In this document: piece after piece, positions 1-12,935 of the stretch | Numbering within the stretch: the stretch's first letter is position 1 | Layout: each line of letters starts with the position of its first letter | Assembly: GCF_964188315.1 (NCBI RefSeq) | Contig: NC_135655.1 | Coordinates: forward strand, 67,580,001-67,644,000 | DNA from: Podarcis muralis | Lineage: Eukaryota | Length of the DNA: 64,000 nucleotides | Direction: 5' to 3' | The notes under the pieces: model-generated | What the model was told of the DNA's origin: nothing | The model's database searches: none | What the model saw: the letters and a program-made list of their open reading frames with translations, nothing else | Made by a program: the position numbers and the translations under genes

Positions 1-1009
1 CACCATGGGCTCCCATGGATCCAGAGCTTGATTAGAGCATATCCACATAAAATCCAGTACTCATGAGCCCAATGAGCTCAATGCCCCCACCCCGAAATCT
101 GAGAATTAGCCTTACAGTTTGAGCTAATTGCACATTGGATTTTACATGTGTACATTCTACTAAAAACTTAAAGCCACTCATAGCTGTACAATATGGTCTG
201 AAGGAGAACAAGACTCCCTAGTGGCTGAGCTGGGTGTGAAGGTTCAGTATCAGTCCTCATCACTTGTAGGGAGAAGGTAAAGGAATCAGATATTTTTTCC
301 CCTGAGGAAGATCATCTGCAAAATCATCCCTCTCTACCATGTCACTAGATATATTTTTCTTCCACTGAATTGTTTTAACAGCATTTGAGTTCTGAATTTC
401 TCTTGTACTGTGTAGCAGTGTGTTGAAGCAATTTGTAGTCGCAGTGCAGAAAACAGCCTCCTGCGCTATAATTTTTCCATGCTACGCAAATGATATTTGT
501 CTTTACAAAACATTTTGCAGACTTATGGCATCAATAGCTTGGAGCATTTATGAATAATAATTAATGTATGATGTATGCATCAAATATATTATTTATGATT
601 GCATAATTATAGCACACGTTGTAGACAGCTTTGATTACTGTTATTTCTAGTTTATGAAAATGAGGTTATCGTTGGCCTCTAAACATGCAAACAAGAGAAT
701 TCAAATAACCATAAAATTAGTTGTGTGCAAGTTTTAGTATGTCAAAGAAAAGCAGCATACCAGGATCTTAAGTAGAATTTAATGGAAAGAAAGTATGCTG
801 CAAAACACTGCTTATATAAATAAATAATCAGATATTTAAGCAAAACAATAACAGCAGCCCTGTCACCTATAAATTATTACTTGCACAACAGGGTCTTGTT
901 CCCTGCCCAGTAAATGAGCTCCATTTGTAGAGGACTTGAAAATGATCTTGGTAACCAATGCCTTTTCCATTAAGAAAGGATGGGATATTTCTTCTTCATA
1001 CATCTTGTT

Positions 1010-1145
1010 CAGGCATAGGCGAACTCGGCCCTCCAGATGCTTTGGGGCTACAACTCCCATCATCCCTAGCTAACAAGACCAGTGGTCAGGGGTGATGGGA
1101 GTTGTAGTCCCAAAACATCTGGAGGGCTGAGTTTGCCTATGCCTG
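1010..1145. mobile_element. Palindromic hAT-type MITE
   Basis: The two halves are near reverse complements (caggcataggc...gcctatgcctg), with an imperfect 8-bp TSD atcttgtt/gtcttgtt. Confidence 0.8.
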
Positions 1146-1169
1146 GTCTTGTTTCCAGTATGTGGGGAT

Positions 1170-1690
1170 GAGGTGGCGTCCTCCCAAATACCCTCTGAAA
1201 ATGACCCACCAAGTAGGGCCAGAACCACCGCAAAGCAGTGCCACCCAAAGCAGTGCCACCCACCCCTAACTCAGACAGCCGCTCCAGAAAGATATAATGG
1301 TTGATGGTACGGAAAGCTGCTGGGAGGTTGAGGAGAATTAACAGGGACACATTTCCCCTGTTTTTCTCCCAGCAGAGGTAATCATACAGGGCAACTAAAG
1401 CAGTTTCTGTGCCAAAACTGGGCCTGAGCCCCAACTGAAATGGATCTGGAAAATCAGTTACCTCCTAGAGTGTGTGGATCTAGAGTGTGTGGATCTGGTT
1501 CATGATCACCCACTCAAGAACTTTCCCAAAGAAGAGGATGTTGTCAAATGGCCCATTGTTACTTAGATTTTCCAAAACCAGGGAGGGTTTCTTGAGGACT
1601 GCTTTTACTGCTGACTCCTTCAAGCAGGCAGGGACCATCCCCTCTTCTAGGGAGGCATTAATCACCTCCCTGGCACAGCTGTTTCACAAA
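1170..1690 (-). mobile_element. Degraded L2-clade LINE reverse transcriptase fragment
   Basis: ORF-track peptides LRPSFGTETALVALYD...SLLILLNLPAAFRTINH and INASLEEGMVPACLKESAVKAVLKKPSL match L2 RT motifs (GFRxxHSTETAL, LLDLSAAFDT). Confidence 0.85.
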
Positions 1691-4294
1691 TAACGCTGTC
1701 TACCTTTTGACACCAGTTCATAGGTCTATAACAGTTACAGGATAAATGAGCAGAAGACTTTTTACCTGGCATGCTGATGAAGGGGGAACAGTTTCACCTG
1801 CATAATTTTGACTCTTAAAGAAAAAATGGCAGCCCTATGTAGTTTGGTTGACTTGTCCAAACATTACTTTGGATTTAGCTGAAGTAAGATATACAGTATG
1901 TTCTTTATACGAGCAGAATAATTGCAAAAGCCCTTTATATACAGAACGTTGTGGGTGCTCCTGCCTGTAGTACTTGGGGGATGTGATTTCAAGATTATTG
2001 TCACTTTGCCAAGAAACAAACCTATTTTGAAAATGGAGCAGTATTGTTTCCCTTTATATCGCTGTATTTCCAACTGTATCTCGGCCTGCATAAGGTTGTG
2101 GCTCATTCCATTGGTCTCTGTCACACCTCCAGTGACATAATTTTCTCCTCTTCCCTTTTCTCTGCAAATGCCTCAGCAGTCTTCCTGCAGCTGCAGCATG
2201 TATAATTGTACATATAGGCAGCATTACCGGTTGCACTTTGAATCATCCTTATGATCACTCTATTTTAGAGGAAGCACGCATGTGATTTACAAGTCCCACA
2301 GAAAAGAAAAGATGATCAACACAACACCAATAGATACCTGGTGCAAAACTCGCTTTGACCCACAATGGCCACTCTCAGTATTTTGGCCATTTCATTTGCA
2401 CATGCTGAACTAGTGCACTGCTGCTTTATTGAAGGAAATTTCTGCTTTGAGTATTATAGCCAGAGAAACAAGTGTTGGAGATAACATACAACCTTTTTCT
2501 TCTTCTTACATCTATATTCTGCCTTTCTTCCACCATTGAGCCCAATGCAACATGCACATGACCCATTCAAGCACCGAGCAGACCCAGACTTGCTTATCTT
2601 CAGCAAGTTAGTGGACTCGTGTGCCCTCAATCCATACCCTGGGGCTCAACCTTTATCCCTTTTCATGAAAAGCATGTTACCCAGGGGTCATAGATGACAC
2701 TGTGGGCAGGCAGAATAGGTTTTGTAACCATTTAACTAGGAAATACATGCAGCAAACTGTTGATGAGACCATTTCCTAGATAAACTAGGAATATAGCTGA
2801 ACATGGCATCACCTAACTGCTTAATATTCCAAGAGGTTTGTAGCGTTCTTCCCCGCCATCAAACACTTCTTTTTCTCTTTGACATGCCATAGTGCCTCCT
2901 TTAGTATGCTCTGTCATTGATCATCAGTGAATAGGCCCTAACCTGCAAGAGGTCACATCGCCCTAACTTCAATTTGTTGCAGTCATTAAAGGGTTTTTAA
3001 GAGAAGAGAAGCATACCAAGAAGGAAGGGGAAACAATGGGCATAAATGGCAAAAAAATGCTTTAAAAGATGAGTCCCTGCTGCAAATCGAACTAAAGGTT
3101 ACTCCTGTATTTAAAAGCACGGAAGACTATTGTCCTGAAGTTTCTTAAGCCAAGGTTGACATACTCTACTGACAGTACTAAAATTGCCAACTGTTCATTT
3201 CGCCAGCCTCAGTGTGTCCCTGCTGTGTCTTTGGGGTTTTCTGTTTAGCTTCTTATCAACAGATATGGGCCACTTGTATTGCCAGTTGCAGACAAAAGGT
3301 GGCATACCTGGCTTCATTTGTTCTTATGGTGGCCAATTTTTGGATAAAATTAGCAGAGGCAAGAGAAACAATTTGAAAATGGAAGTTTTGTTTTCCACAT
3401 AACAACTGAGTGTGTGCCCATTTGCTTGAATGTTTGGCGGTGCAGAGGTGTCCTGTGCCCTCTCCTTTAAAATTGTGCCTCTTACTCTGTGATTCATTAC
3501 TAAGGCCAGCCACAAGGAGCTGTATTTGTCACTACCAGAAGATTGCTGACACAACAGAGCACCCAGGGGGTGAGGGGGACACTTAGGAGGCCAGAAACCA
3601 ATATGAAAAAAATGAGCAGTTGTGGTCACCTGCTTCCTCCTTTTGACATATACTTGGCAATAGAATGACTTAAGTATCCATTATTCTTCTGTGTCTTGTG
3701 GGAAGATGGATGTAATGTAAAACAATTGAGTGACGCTTTGTGCCTTTAGTGACCTTTGAAATGTGTTATTGCTTAGTAACATAGTCCATGGTGGAATTTA
3801 CTACAATTATGAGCAGCAACACCCCAAGCCCACAACATACGTAGTTTAACCATGCATGTTAGAAGCTTTATGGCTCATGAAGCAAAGCGCAAAATTAATC
3901 CCTTCAGAACAAACGCAATGTGAAAAGTACATAATGAAGCAATTAGCTAAAAGTAGGAGGGGCAGAAAGGATGTAATATTAAACAGCTTGTTCCCGTAAG
4001 TTCCTTTTTTACTAAGGATGTCTTGCTGGCATCTATTCAGTAATTGATTATGACTGTAAGATTATTAATGGGTTTTAAAGATCAAAACAAATGGTCTGAA
4101 AGTTGTTTGTTTCTGTTACAGAAGTCAGTGTAGCTTGATAAAAGGGCACTGAATTCCAAATACTTAGAAATAGATTTTACTTAGGAATATTTTCCTAAAC
4201 ATTTATATACCACCTTCCATCCTGTTTGGATTTCAGGATAGTGTGCAATCAAAATTTATGTTGCAATAGCAAATACTGTACTAAAACAGCGAAT

Positions 4295-4469
4295 NNNNNN
4301 NNNNNNNNNNNNNNNNNNNNNNNNNNNNNNNNNNNNNNNNNNNNNNNNNNNNNNNNNNNNNNNNNNNNNNNNNNNNNNNNNNNNNNNNNNNNNNNNNNNN
4401 NNNNNNNNNNNNNNNNNNNNNNNNNNNNNNNNNNNNNNNNNNNNNNNNNNNNNNNNNNNNNNNNNNNNN
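4295..4469. other. Assembly gap (175 N)
   Basis: Run of N bases. Confidence 1.
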
Positions 4470-4737
4470 GGGTACACTTGTTAGGGTAGATTTCAGTGGG
4501 CAGCACCTGCTCCAGTCTCTGCCTAACCCAGATGGATTTTCTAATTTAGAAAATATGTGCATGGGGGGGGGGGGGACAGTACTGCAATGTTTCTCCCAGT
4601 GTAAGCCAAGATGAGCACAGCTGAGCATACTTTACCTATTGGTAGCTAATGCTGACAGTGCCCACACTAGTGGCTCCACTAATATTTACATTCATCTTTA
4701 ATTCCCACTCTATCCTTTCAGAGAACTTGACGTTTTC

Positions 4738-4935
4738 AGCCGTGTGGTGTAGGACTAGGACCTGGGAGACTAGGGTTCTAGTCCCCATGTGACCATGAAG
4801 CTCAGTGTGTGACCTTGGGCCAGTCACAGCCTCTCAGTCTGACCTACGTCACAGGGTTGTTGCAAGGATGGAATGGAGGAGGGAGAACTGCACACCACCG
4901 TGAGCTCCTTGGAGGAGAGTTGGGGTATAAATGAA
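4738..4935 (+). mobile_element. tRNA-derived CORE-type SINE (Squam3/MIR-like)
   Basis: Degraded tRNA head (ggactaggacctgggagactagggttc) plus the core tgaccttgggccagtcac...cagggttgttg and tail gagctccttggagg. A related copy lies at 39105-39315. Confidence 0.7.
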
Positions 4936-4947
4936 GTTGTGTTATTG

Positions 4948-5095
4948 GCCAATCCAGCCCAAGTCCTGATGTGCTTGACTTGCAGCTGCTCTCCAGGGTT
5001 TCATGCAATGATCTTTCCCTGTCCTGCTACTTCTATAAACTACACATGCCTGGAATTGAGCCGGGGACTTTTGGCATACTTTGGGCTCTTTCCTC
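4948..5095 (-). mobile_element. Degraded tRNA-derived squamate SINE
   Basis: Reverse complement has a B-box-like ggctcaattccaggcat followed by gaaaccctggagagcagctgc. A related copy lies near 38815-39030 (+). Confidence 0.55.
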
Positions 5096-7004
5096 CTGTA
5101 TTAATCATCCTTATAACTCTTTTGTAAGGTACAGCCATGTAGATATCACCATATTACAAGGGAGGCTAGTGACTTGACCAAGGCCAAGGCTGCTTGATGA
5201 GCTCATGATTCGTTGGCTGATAATCCTTAAGTCACTATGCTGTACTACACTCAAAATCTAATAGAAGCTGTTTTAGTATACACATCATGTATAGCTATTT
5301 TAAACTTTTCATCATGTAAGTTAAATATAACAGAAGGACAATGTTTCCCCTTTAGAATGGAAAAGCCCTAAGCATTTACTTCTAATTTTTTTCAGCACGC
5401 CGGATGCATTTAGGCCAATATTTGTAAAACATTCATCACATTTTCAACAGAGGCTGGGACATTTCCCCTTATAAGTAATTAGATTGGGTTTTGAATCAGC
5501 TCTGCACAAGCAGCTTCTTCTATCAGCCCTTGTCTTGACAGCTCCTGCTTAACATTTAAGATTTTAAGTGAATTCACGCTCCTTGAAGCAGTGTAATTAA
5601 TAAGACTTCAGAAATAGAACAAAGACTGACAGTGTTTAGACAAGAAAGGGAAGACCAATAGGTTTGATTAATTGGAGTTTACTCAGAAACTGGATAATTG
5701 CTGTTTACAAACCATATTAAAGCATGTGTTCAATCAGGCTGGGGTGTGTGTGTGTTTAAAAAAAACCATATGCAGCTTCATTTTGTAGTTAAATTACGGA
5801 ATTAATAATGAAATCAAAGAGACTGTGAAGGAGCATCTTAAATGTCACCTCCTGTTTCTAACTCATTAAAATGTTCAGTTGTTTTTAAATGTAAAGCTCT
5901 TTTTCCCCTTTTAGTCTCATGCCATAGTTGAGCTTTGCACTTTGTTGGTCTTTAAGGCATCATCTGTGCTTTAGTGGCAACATAATTCTCAGGCAGCATG
6001 TGCTATACCTGCCTGACCCCACCCCCCTTGCGAATGGCCTGACAAAATAAAAGAGTAATCTAATTCACTAATGAAAGACCAACAGGGTTGTAGGAAGGGC
6101 AGGGGAAAAGAAAACCTCTACTGTCATATCTCCCAAGCTGCAATTAGTTGGTGACTGTAAAAATGAAGATTGTCTATTTTTTCAGAACAGATATAGCAAA
6201 GCTGTTTAAAAGTATGGTGTTTCTACAGTAAAAAATACTGTTTATTGGTTATCTTAAAACCAAATTTTCCAATATGTATCATATTATGACATAGGATATA
6301 TATTTATACAGAAGAGTCAATTTCTTCAATTCAGTTCCACATTTTCCCCTCAATGTGTTTGCTCTGTCCAGAGCTCCTTTCTTCTTGAAACCTGGTAAAC
6401 TAGGAGAATTTCTAAAACTAATTCCAGAACTATGAAATGTTCCATTTGCCACAGATTTTTATTCCTTCAGTTCATTTGTATTACTTGGCCACTCCAAGTT
6501 GCCAACAAGCGAAGTGTGTTGATAAAATACTGCCCCCCAAAAGAGGGACAATTACAAAATCCTGTCTGTCAAACTCAGCCTTGAATTTAGTCTGTGTTGC
6601 AGGCTTTGTTTCCAGAGCAGAGCCGATAATGTTTGAAACTAGAAATATGTTCCTCAAATTCTTTTTAAGCTTCCCTTATGGTCTGCATGTACTTTTTATT
6701 TGGCCAAAGTTTGTGTTCCTTTTCATTCTCTTCATTTGAACCAGACCTTTTTTTGGAAGGAAGCCTTCTTACCTCTACCAGCTTCTTTTACTCTGCTGGA
6801 ATCCTTTGTTAATCACTCTGACATGTCCTCATGATACATTTCCTGATTTGTAGTGTGTGCTCACATCTGGCTCGTGTGTGTGTCCATGTGTGGCAGTGGC
6901 AGTGTTTTATCAAGGTACACACACGTCGATAAAAAGCCACACAAAAAGAATATTGTTGCAACCATCAGCATAATCAATCAAGATTGCCTTTTTCTGGCCT
7001 TCAA

Positions 7005-7135
7005 AATCATAGAATCATTGAGTTAGCTTTCTAGCCTTCTGGTCTAACTCCCTGCTCATTGCAGGAATCTCAGAGCTAGAGCATCTTCCCCCAACAGTTG
7101 TCTGTCCATTCCAACCTCTGCTTGAAGACCTCCAA
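7005..7135 (-). mobile_element. CR1 LINE 3' end fragment
   Basis: aatcatagaatcat tail (reverse of the ATTCTATG repeat) and ccaacctctgcttgaagacctcc, similar to the reverse of the CR1 at 45934-46532. Confidence 0.7.
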
Positions 7136-8120
7136 GCTGTAATACTAAACATACTTGGGAATGAGCCCCACTGAAAACAGCAGAATTTATTTCTGAGTAA
7201 ACTCCCATAGGAGTGCATTGCCAGCAAGGCAGAACCCACCACCTGCCTAAGTAATTAGTTTCATTATCAGTGTGTTCATGTGCATCAGCAAACAGTGAGG
7301 AAATTATGGAATGAAGTTAAGCAACAGAAAGCTGCAGCACACCACACTCTGCACAAAACTGAGAGCATTCTTTAAAAACAGAACAAAGCAGAATGGTAGA
7401 TGGTGATTCCTAATGCATTATCTCCACTTTGAAAGCAAGACCAGGTAATTTGGAATTCCAAATTCCGGGCACAATTTGGATGACATTCAGAAGTTTTCTC
7501 AATTATTATTTATTCTCTTTCTGGTACAAAACAAATGGTGGGATCTTTTTCATTATTATTCTACATACATTTATACTACTGGTGATTGCTTCTTACTTAT
7601 TTGTGTAGAGGTTTGATGCCCTTGAGACCAAAGCAAGCCCGAGTCCTTGTTTTGAGGGCACTGCAGATTTCTAGGGGGTGGGGGAGCAATTGTCGTCTTG
7701 TAAGCATGAATAGCAAAGCTCTTTCTTGTCTCCCAGCATATGCTGGATGTAATTAGGCAACTGCCCAAAAAAATAGGCCTTGTAAACATCCTGAATACAT
7801 GCCACATTCTCCTAGCCTCGGATGCTGCCAAATGCCTAAATGAGTGTTCAAGCCAAAAGGCCTAAATGTATAAAATAGATCTCTAAACAGAATGCTTTTC
7901 TGATATAGAATATGAATAGTGGGTGGACAAGCCTGGAAAACTCAAGGCTCTGTTTCAGAATGCAGTATTCAGATAGCCTGTCACCTATTCTCAATAGAGA
8001 TGGGACGAGAGACCAGACTGCATTACCTTGCAGGAGAGCACTGTGGAAAGGTGCCCTCTTTTGTTTCTCTTTGTCCTAGAAGAGGGTCTTCTGTATTGGT
8101 TTTATTTACTCGGTACAGTT

Positions 8121-8665
8121 CATTCATTTTTTATTTATTATAATATTTATTAGCATTTTCATTTAAAATAAAACACCGTGTGATTATACAGGCATACCTT
8201 GGGTTGAATATGCTTCATGTTGAGCGTGTTCGAGTTGAACTCCGGGTTTCGCTGCTTGCGCATTCACAGACGCTCAAAATGACGTCATGCGCAGAAGCTG
8301 CGAAAAGCGATGCGTGCGTGCGCAGACATGCCGTCGCCAGTTACGTTTGCTTCTGGATGTGAACGGGGCTCCGGAACGGATCCCGTTCGCATCCCGAGGT
8401 ACCACTGTACATATCTTTAAATTACCTATATTCTGACTCTCTCTAGTCGACGACTTCCCCCTCATCCCTCCCAACTGACATTCTAACTTCCAATTATAAT
8501 TTCATCCGCATTTCTCATTCCCCCCATCTACCTTTCCTTTTACTTTAAGATTCCTTATCATTGTAAATAAGTTTCTATTTTTAACTGACAAACCTTTAAG
8601 CCAGTCCTGTTAGTGTTAAGTGTTTACAATATTCTTTCAAATAAATAATAAATTTACTCCAGTCT
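8121..8665 (-). mobile_element. 5'-truncated L1 3' end with 16-bp TSD, interrupted by a MITE
   Basis: TSD tttactcggtacagtt at 8105-8120 and 8666-8681. The minus strand encodes DWSKFIIYLKEYCKHLTLTGLA*, similar to the ORF2 end DWKKFKIYLKNCCK at about 43770-43828. Confidence 0.85.
8189..8407. mobile_element. Tc1/mariner (Tigger-like) MITE nested in L1
   Basis: TA on both sides, ends cagg(c)ataccttggg / cccgaggtaccactg, CpG-rich interior. Confidence 0.85.
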
Positions 8666-9256
8666 TTTACTCGGTACAGTTTAGGTCATCTTAACACAAA
8701 TGCCCTAGTGTTTTCACTGCAAGTTGTGGTTCCTTTTGTTCAGCTTCATCACGTAAATGTGGCTCCCACGTTTCTGATTTCATTCGAAAAGCATTTTGTT
8801 CTTGCAGAAGACACTTAGTCACAAGCATATGGTGCAAAAATTCACAGAACTGAGTATGTGGGCATCTTGCCTTTGTAAGGATGGCATTGGCTGCAATCAT
8901 AAGCAAACTCACTGCTTCTTACTTCCAAGTAAAGTGACATAGGGTAAGATTAAATAGCTGAAAAAGGATGCAGTTACTTGTCCACTATAGTTGTATGTGT
9001 GGAAGTCTACAAAGGTACTCACATAGACTTTGGCTTGAGTTTCCCAGTGACTATCAGAGTTAGATTTAGGTTTATAATTCAACTGAAGCACTGAAGAGGT
9101 GCATAGTCATAGTACACTTTTCACACTTAAAGGACTGTAGCAGATTATAAACCTCAAATATTTCCTTGTAAATTTTGAAATCCAACAATAGGCTGAAAAT
9201 ATTGACATTTTGGATATAATGGAATTCACTAAACTGGCCAATTTATTTGTTTCTAG

Positions 9257-9442
9257 GTATGGCAGTGTGGTGGCAGCGTTGAAGTTCTTCCTTGCTCTAG
9301 GATTGCCCACATTGAACGAGCTCATAAGCCGTATACAGAAGACCTCACTACTCATGTCCGAAGAAATGCACTCCGAGTGGCTGAAGTCTGGATGGATGAA
9401 TTTAAAAGCCATGTTTATATGGCGTGGAATATTCCTCAAGAG
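9257..9442 (+). CDS. GALNT18: GALNT18 internal coding exon (catalytic domain C-terminal part), 186 nt, phase 0-0
   Basis: ttctag|GTATGG acceptor and GAG|gtgggt donor. Translates VWQCGGSVEVLPCSRIAHIERAHKPYTEDLTTHVRRNALRVAEVWMDEFKSHVYMAWNIPQE, recognised as near-identical to mammalian GALNT18. Confidence 0.96.
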
Positions 9443-9529
9443 GTGGGTCATGAATGAACACTGATACGATCACAATATTTTCCAATTCCCCATATTTTTG
9501 TGAAAAGAATGTTCAAAAATGTATTATAC

Positions 9530-9688
9530 CAGGGCTGTCCAACAAGTAATCCTGGTCGACTGCGGGATCCCCCCCCCCCCAAAAAAAAGCTCAACAACTC
9601 TGGTCAATCCAATAGGTAGATCACTGCCAGTTGTTTATTTTTTTATAGAGCTTGTAGATCACAGTCTCTTGGAAGTTGGACAGCCCTG
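9530..9688. mobile_element. hAT-type MITE
   Basis: Perfect 14-bp TIR cagggctgtccaac/gttggacagccctg and 8-bp TSD tattatac/tattatag. Confidence 0.88.
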
Positions 9689-9696
9689 TATTATAG

Positions 9697-9830
9697 GTAG
9701 GTAGCCGTGTTGGTCTGCCATAGTCGAAACAAGATAAAGAAATTCCTTCCAGCAGCACCTTAGAGACCAACTAAGTTTGTTATTGGTATGAGCTTTTGTG
9801 TGCATGCAAAAAGTACAGATGCACACACAA
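9697..9830. mobile_element. Penelope-like retroelement terminal fragment
   Basis: gtagccgtgttggtctg...gcaccttagagaccaac...gagctttt resembles recalled reptile Penelope terminal repeats. A (CA)n tract follows. Confidence 0.55.
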
Positions 9831-11874
9831 TCACACACACACACACACACTTAACTCTCTGCAACAAACAACAATGTGTTATTCAAATACAGGAGCTAGC
9901 TTAACACAACATGCCAGGCAGGCTATTGCTTCATTGTAAAACATCTTTATCCCCAAATACTATTAATTAGGTGAGAACTGAAACGTGGATTTATTACATA
10001 CGTATATCAATTCATATTTATTCCTTATAAAATAATTATTTCTATATACCAGTGTGAAATGCTTCTGTGTCTCCAAATAATTTAAGGCTACATAAACCAG
10101 CCATCATGCAGACACCCAAATTCAGTGTAGACATAAAATTCTCGTGGTCCCGCAAGTATTTTCTGCAACATACTCTTGACACACTAATACTGCATTACTG
10201 GTGGATTTATTGTTGTGCGGTGCTCCCCTAATGTCACTACATTACTGCTGTCTGGAGGAGCAAAAAAAATGGGACAAAAAGAAGCCAGAGCATTTGTGGT
10301 GTAAAAGGTTACAGGATTTCAAAAGGAAGTTACGGAATATGCGCTGGTTGGAAATGGAATCTTTGCAACCAGCACAAAACTTTAGCAGGCACAAACAGTA
10401 CTGAGGGTGCGATCACATGTGACCTCTTCAAAATCACCATGGGCACAAATAATCATGAATGCACTTGAAAAAGGACATCTTGAGGGACCTTCAATCTCTT
10501 AAGCATACTGGAGCCTGGAAGCCTGCTATAGGCTAACCCTCTTCTTCCCTAGCCCCCTTTCCCTGTTGCATGTGTGCCTGTGGTCCCATCAACACTGGAC
10601 CCATGGGGCAAGCATCCTTGTGCAGTGCCAGGTCTTTTTCAAGTCACTATCAGCATGAGAAAGGTGGAGGGTGTGTGTGACAATGATCCCTTTCCCTGCA
10701 GGTTATGAGGACTGCAGGTATTTATTGCCTGAACAAGGCTCATTTCCTAACCTACCTGATAATAAATATTTTAATGTAAAGTTTATTTATTCTTTATTTT
10801 GTTTGAGTATTTTGAGCTGTGTGTGACGACATAATCTACAGTAAGAATGTCTCATTTTACTTCCTGTCAAAGACTGGTCCTGAATTTGCATTTAGATGCC
10901 TCTCTAGAAATCTCTACCGCATAGCTATAATGAGATAAATTATTGATCTCCACTTACAGGCTCTTTATGAAACTCGTGTATCTTGAACTCCACAAAACTG
11001 TGTTACACCAGCCAAGGCTTAGCTATAAAATGCAATGAAAAGGGGAGGGGGGAAAGGTTTTGCAAATTTCTTCAACAAAAATGGCAACTGAAATCATTGT
11101 TGTTGTTGCGGTTAATTAAATTTCTATGCCGCCCATCATCCGAGGACCACAGGGCAGTTCACAATATAAAAATATGAAAGATAGTAACCAAGAAAAACAA
11201 TACCCCTCACAGACACAGAGTTTAAAGGGCCATAGATTGCTTAATTAGCCAAAGGGCTGGGAGAAGAGGAATGTTTTTGCCTGATGCCTAAGGATATGTA
11301 ATGTAGGCAGCAAGCGAGCCTCCCTGGGGAGAGCATTCAACAAACAGAAAAAGGTGGGCAGGGTTTCTAATTGTTGCAGAGAAATACGAAAGCCAAACAT
11401 CCACATTTGCCCGACAATGGAATCTTTGAAATACACCATACCTTTGCCGGTAGAAAAGTGGTTTCCAGGACAACTTGCTTTTATATATACCACTTGTTTT
11501 TGAATCTTAGAATTGCTTCAATGACATACATGCAGCAATGACATTATTACTGTGGAACTTGATTCAAAATCCATTGAAGTCAGTGAGAATTAACCCACTG
11601 AATGTGAAATATGCTGGATCAGGCCCCCAAATGATGGTGTCTTTTATGTTTAAACACACTGACACAAATACCTCAGATTTTGTATGAAATACCTATTTAT
11701 TTTAGGCAGCTAAAGTATGCTAATCATGTTTCAGTGCACATCCCTGTGTTCTTCCACACACACACCCCTTCACTGAACTGTACAAAAGAGCACGGAGAAT
11801 TGTAACACAAACTGCCAGAGAGCAGGAGGATGGCTTTTATATCTCTGACATGTTTTTTTGGTCAATGTGCACAG

Positions 11875-12012
11875 GATTCTGGAATTGACATCGGTGATAT
11901 TTCTGAGAGGAAAGCCTTGAGGAAAAAGCTCCAGTGCAAGACCTTTAGGTGGTACCTTGTCAGCGTATATCCAGAAATGAGAATGTACTCAGACACTGTT
12001 GCATATGGAGTG
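11875..12012 (+). CDS. GALNT18: GALNT18 coding exon (linker after catalytic domain), 138 nt, phase 0-0
   Basis: acag|GATTCT acceptor and GTG|gtaaga donor. Translates [46 protein letters not shown], with the GalNAc-T CKxFxWYL motif. Confidence 0.96.
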
Positions 12013-12559
12013 GTAAGAGTCCTGCTTATTTACCTTGATTATTCATAGCTGTGGGAAATAATTCTCCCAGATAACAGCCACATTTATTGGTTCATTTATT
12101 TAACTGTTTGGCTGCTTGTTGTTTGACATAGGTGTGATTGTGCTACTCTGCCTCACACATGCATGCGCTGCTGTATCATCTCTGTTTCTGGTGTGTTTTG
12201 AGTCCTTTTAAAGTAGAAACCTGCTGCCCACACAGGTACCGAGCGTAGTCGTCTGTAGCCTACAAGTGGAGGGGCAGAAAGGAAAGAGTTATCTTCTTTG
12301 TTGGGTCGCCTGAGGGAAGTTCTTACTCGCCCTATGCCAGTGGTTATTTATAGAGCTATTTAACAATAGCTAATGTGATATGACATTTAGAATGCATACA
12401 TTCTTCACATTGCGGTTTGTTACCACCTATTACAAGCCATGGTTAGCCTGCTGGGCTGTGTTCGGACATTCAAACAAATCACACGTTGACTAAACAAATC
12501 ATGTCTTAGTGTTATCAGTGAAAAACACTGAGTTGGGGACAGATTCATGTGAGAGAAGA

Positions 12560-12935
12560 TGGGGCTTCAAATATCCTCTTCCTAAATATTTAGGGCTACA
12601 TTTGTAACAGCCAGCATTTTGAGCTGAGCCCAGAAACCAGAGCAGATTGAACAAAGTTAGAATAAGAGACTTGGAAATACAAACCCTGGAAAATTGTGGC
12701 TTTTGCAAGAGTGTTTTCTGTACTCCTTTCAAATTCAGCCCGATGTAGAGTGCATTGTAGTCATCAAATCTGGATGTGACCAAGTCATGTGTGCAATGGC
12801 CCAATCGGCTTTCTCTAGGAAAGATGGTACACCAAATGAATTTGAGCAAATCCCTCATAGCTGTAATTGGCTCAAGGCAATCCAGGAGCAATGCAGGTTC
12901 CAGAAGCACCCCAGACTGGAATGCATCTCTAGGAC
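12560..12935 (-). mobile_element. Old L2 ORF2 C-terminal fragment
   Basis: Peptide HDLVTSRFDDYNALYIGLNLKGVQK resembles the L2 motif HALVTSRLDYCNALYxGLPLK. Confidence 0.65.

Noticed and set aside
4226-4628. ORFs containing X runs
   Set aside because: Artefacts of the N gap.
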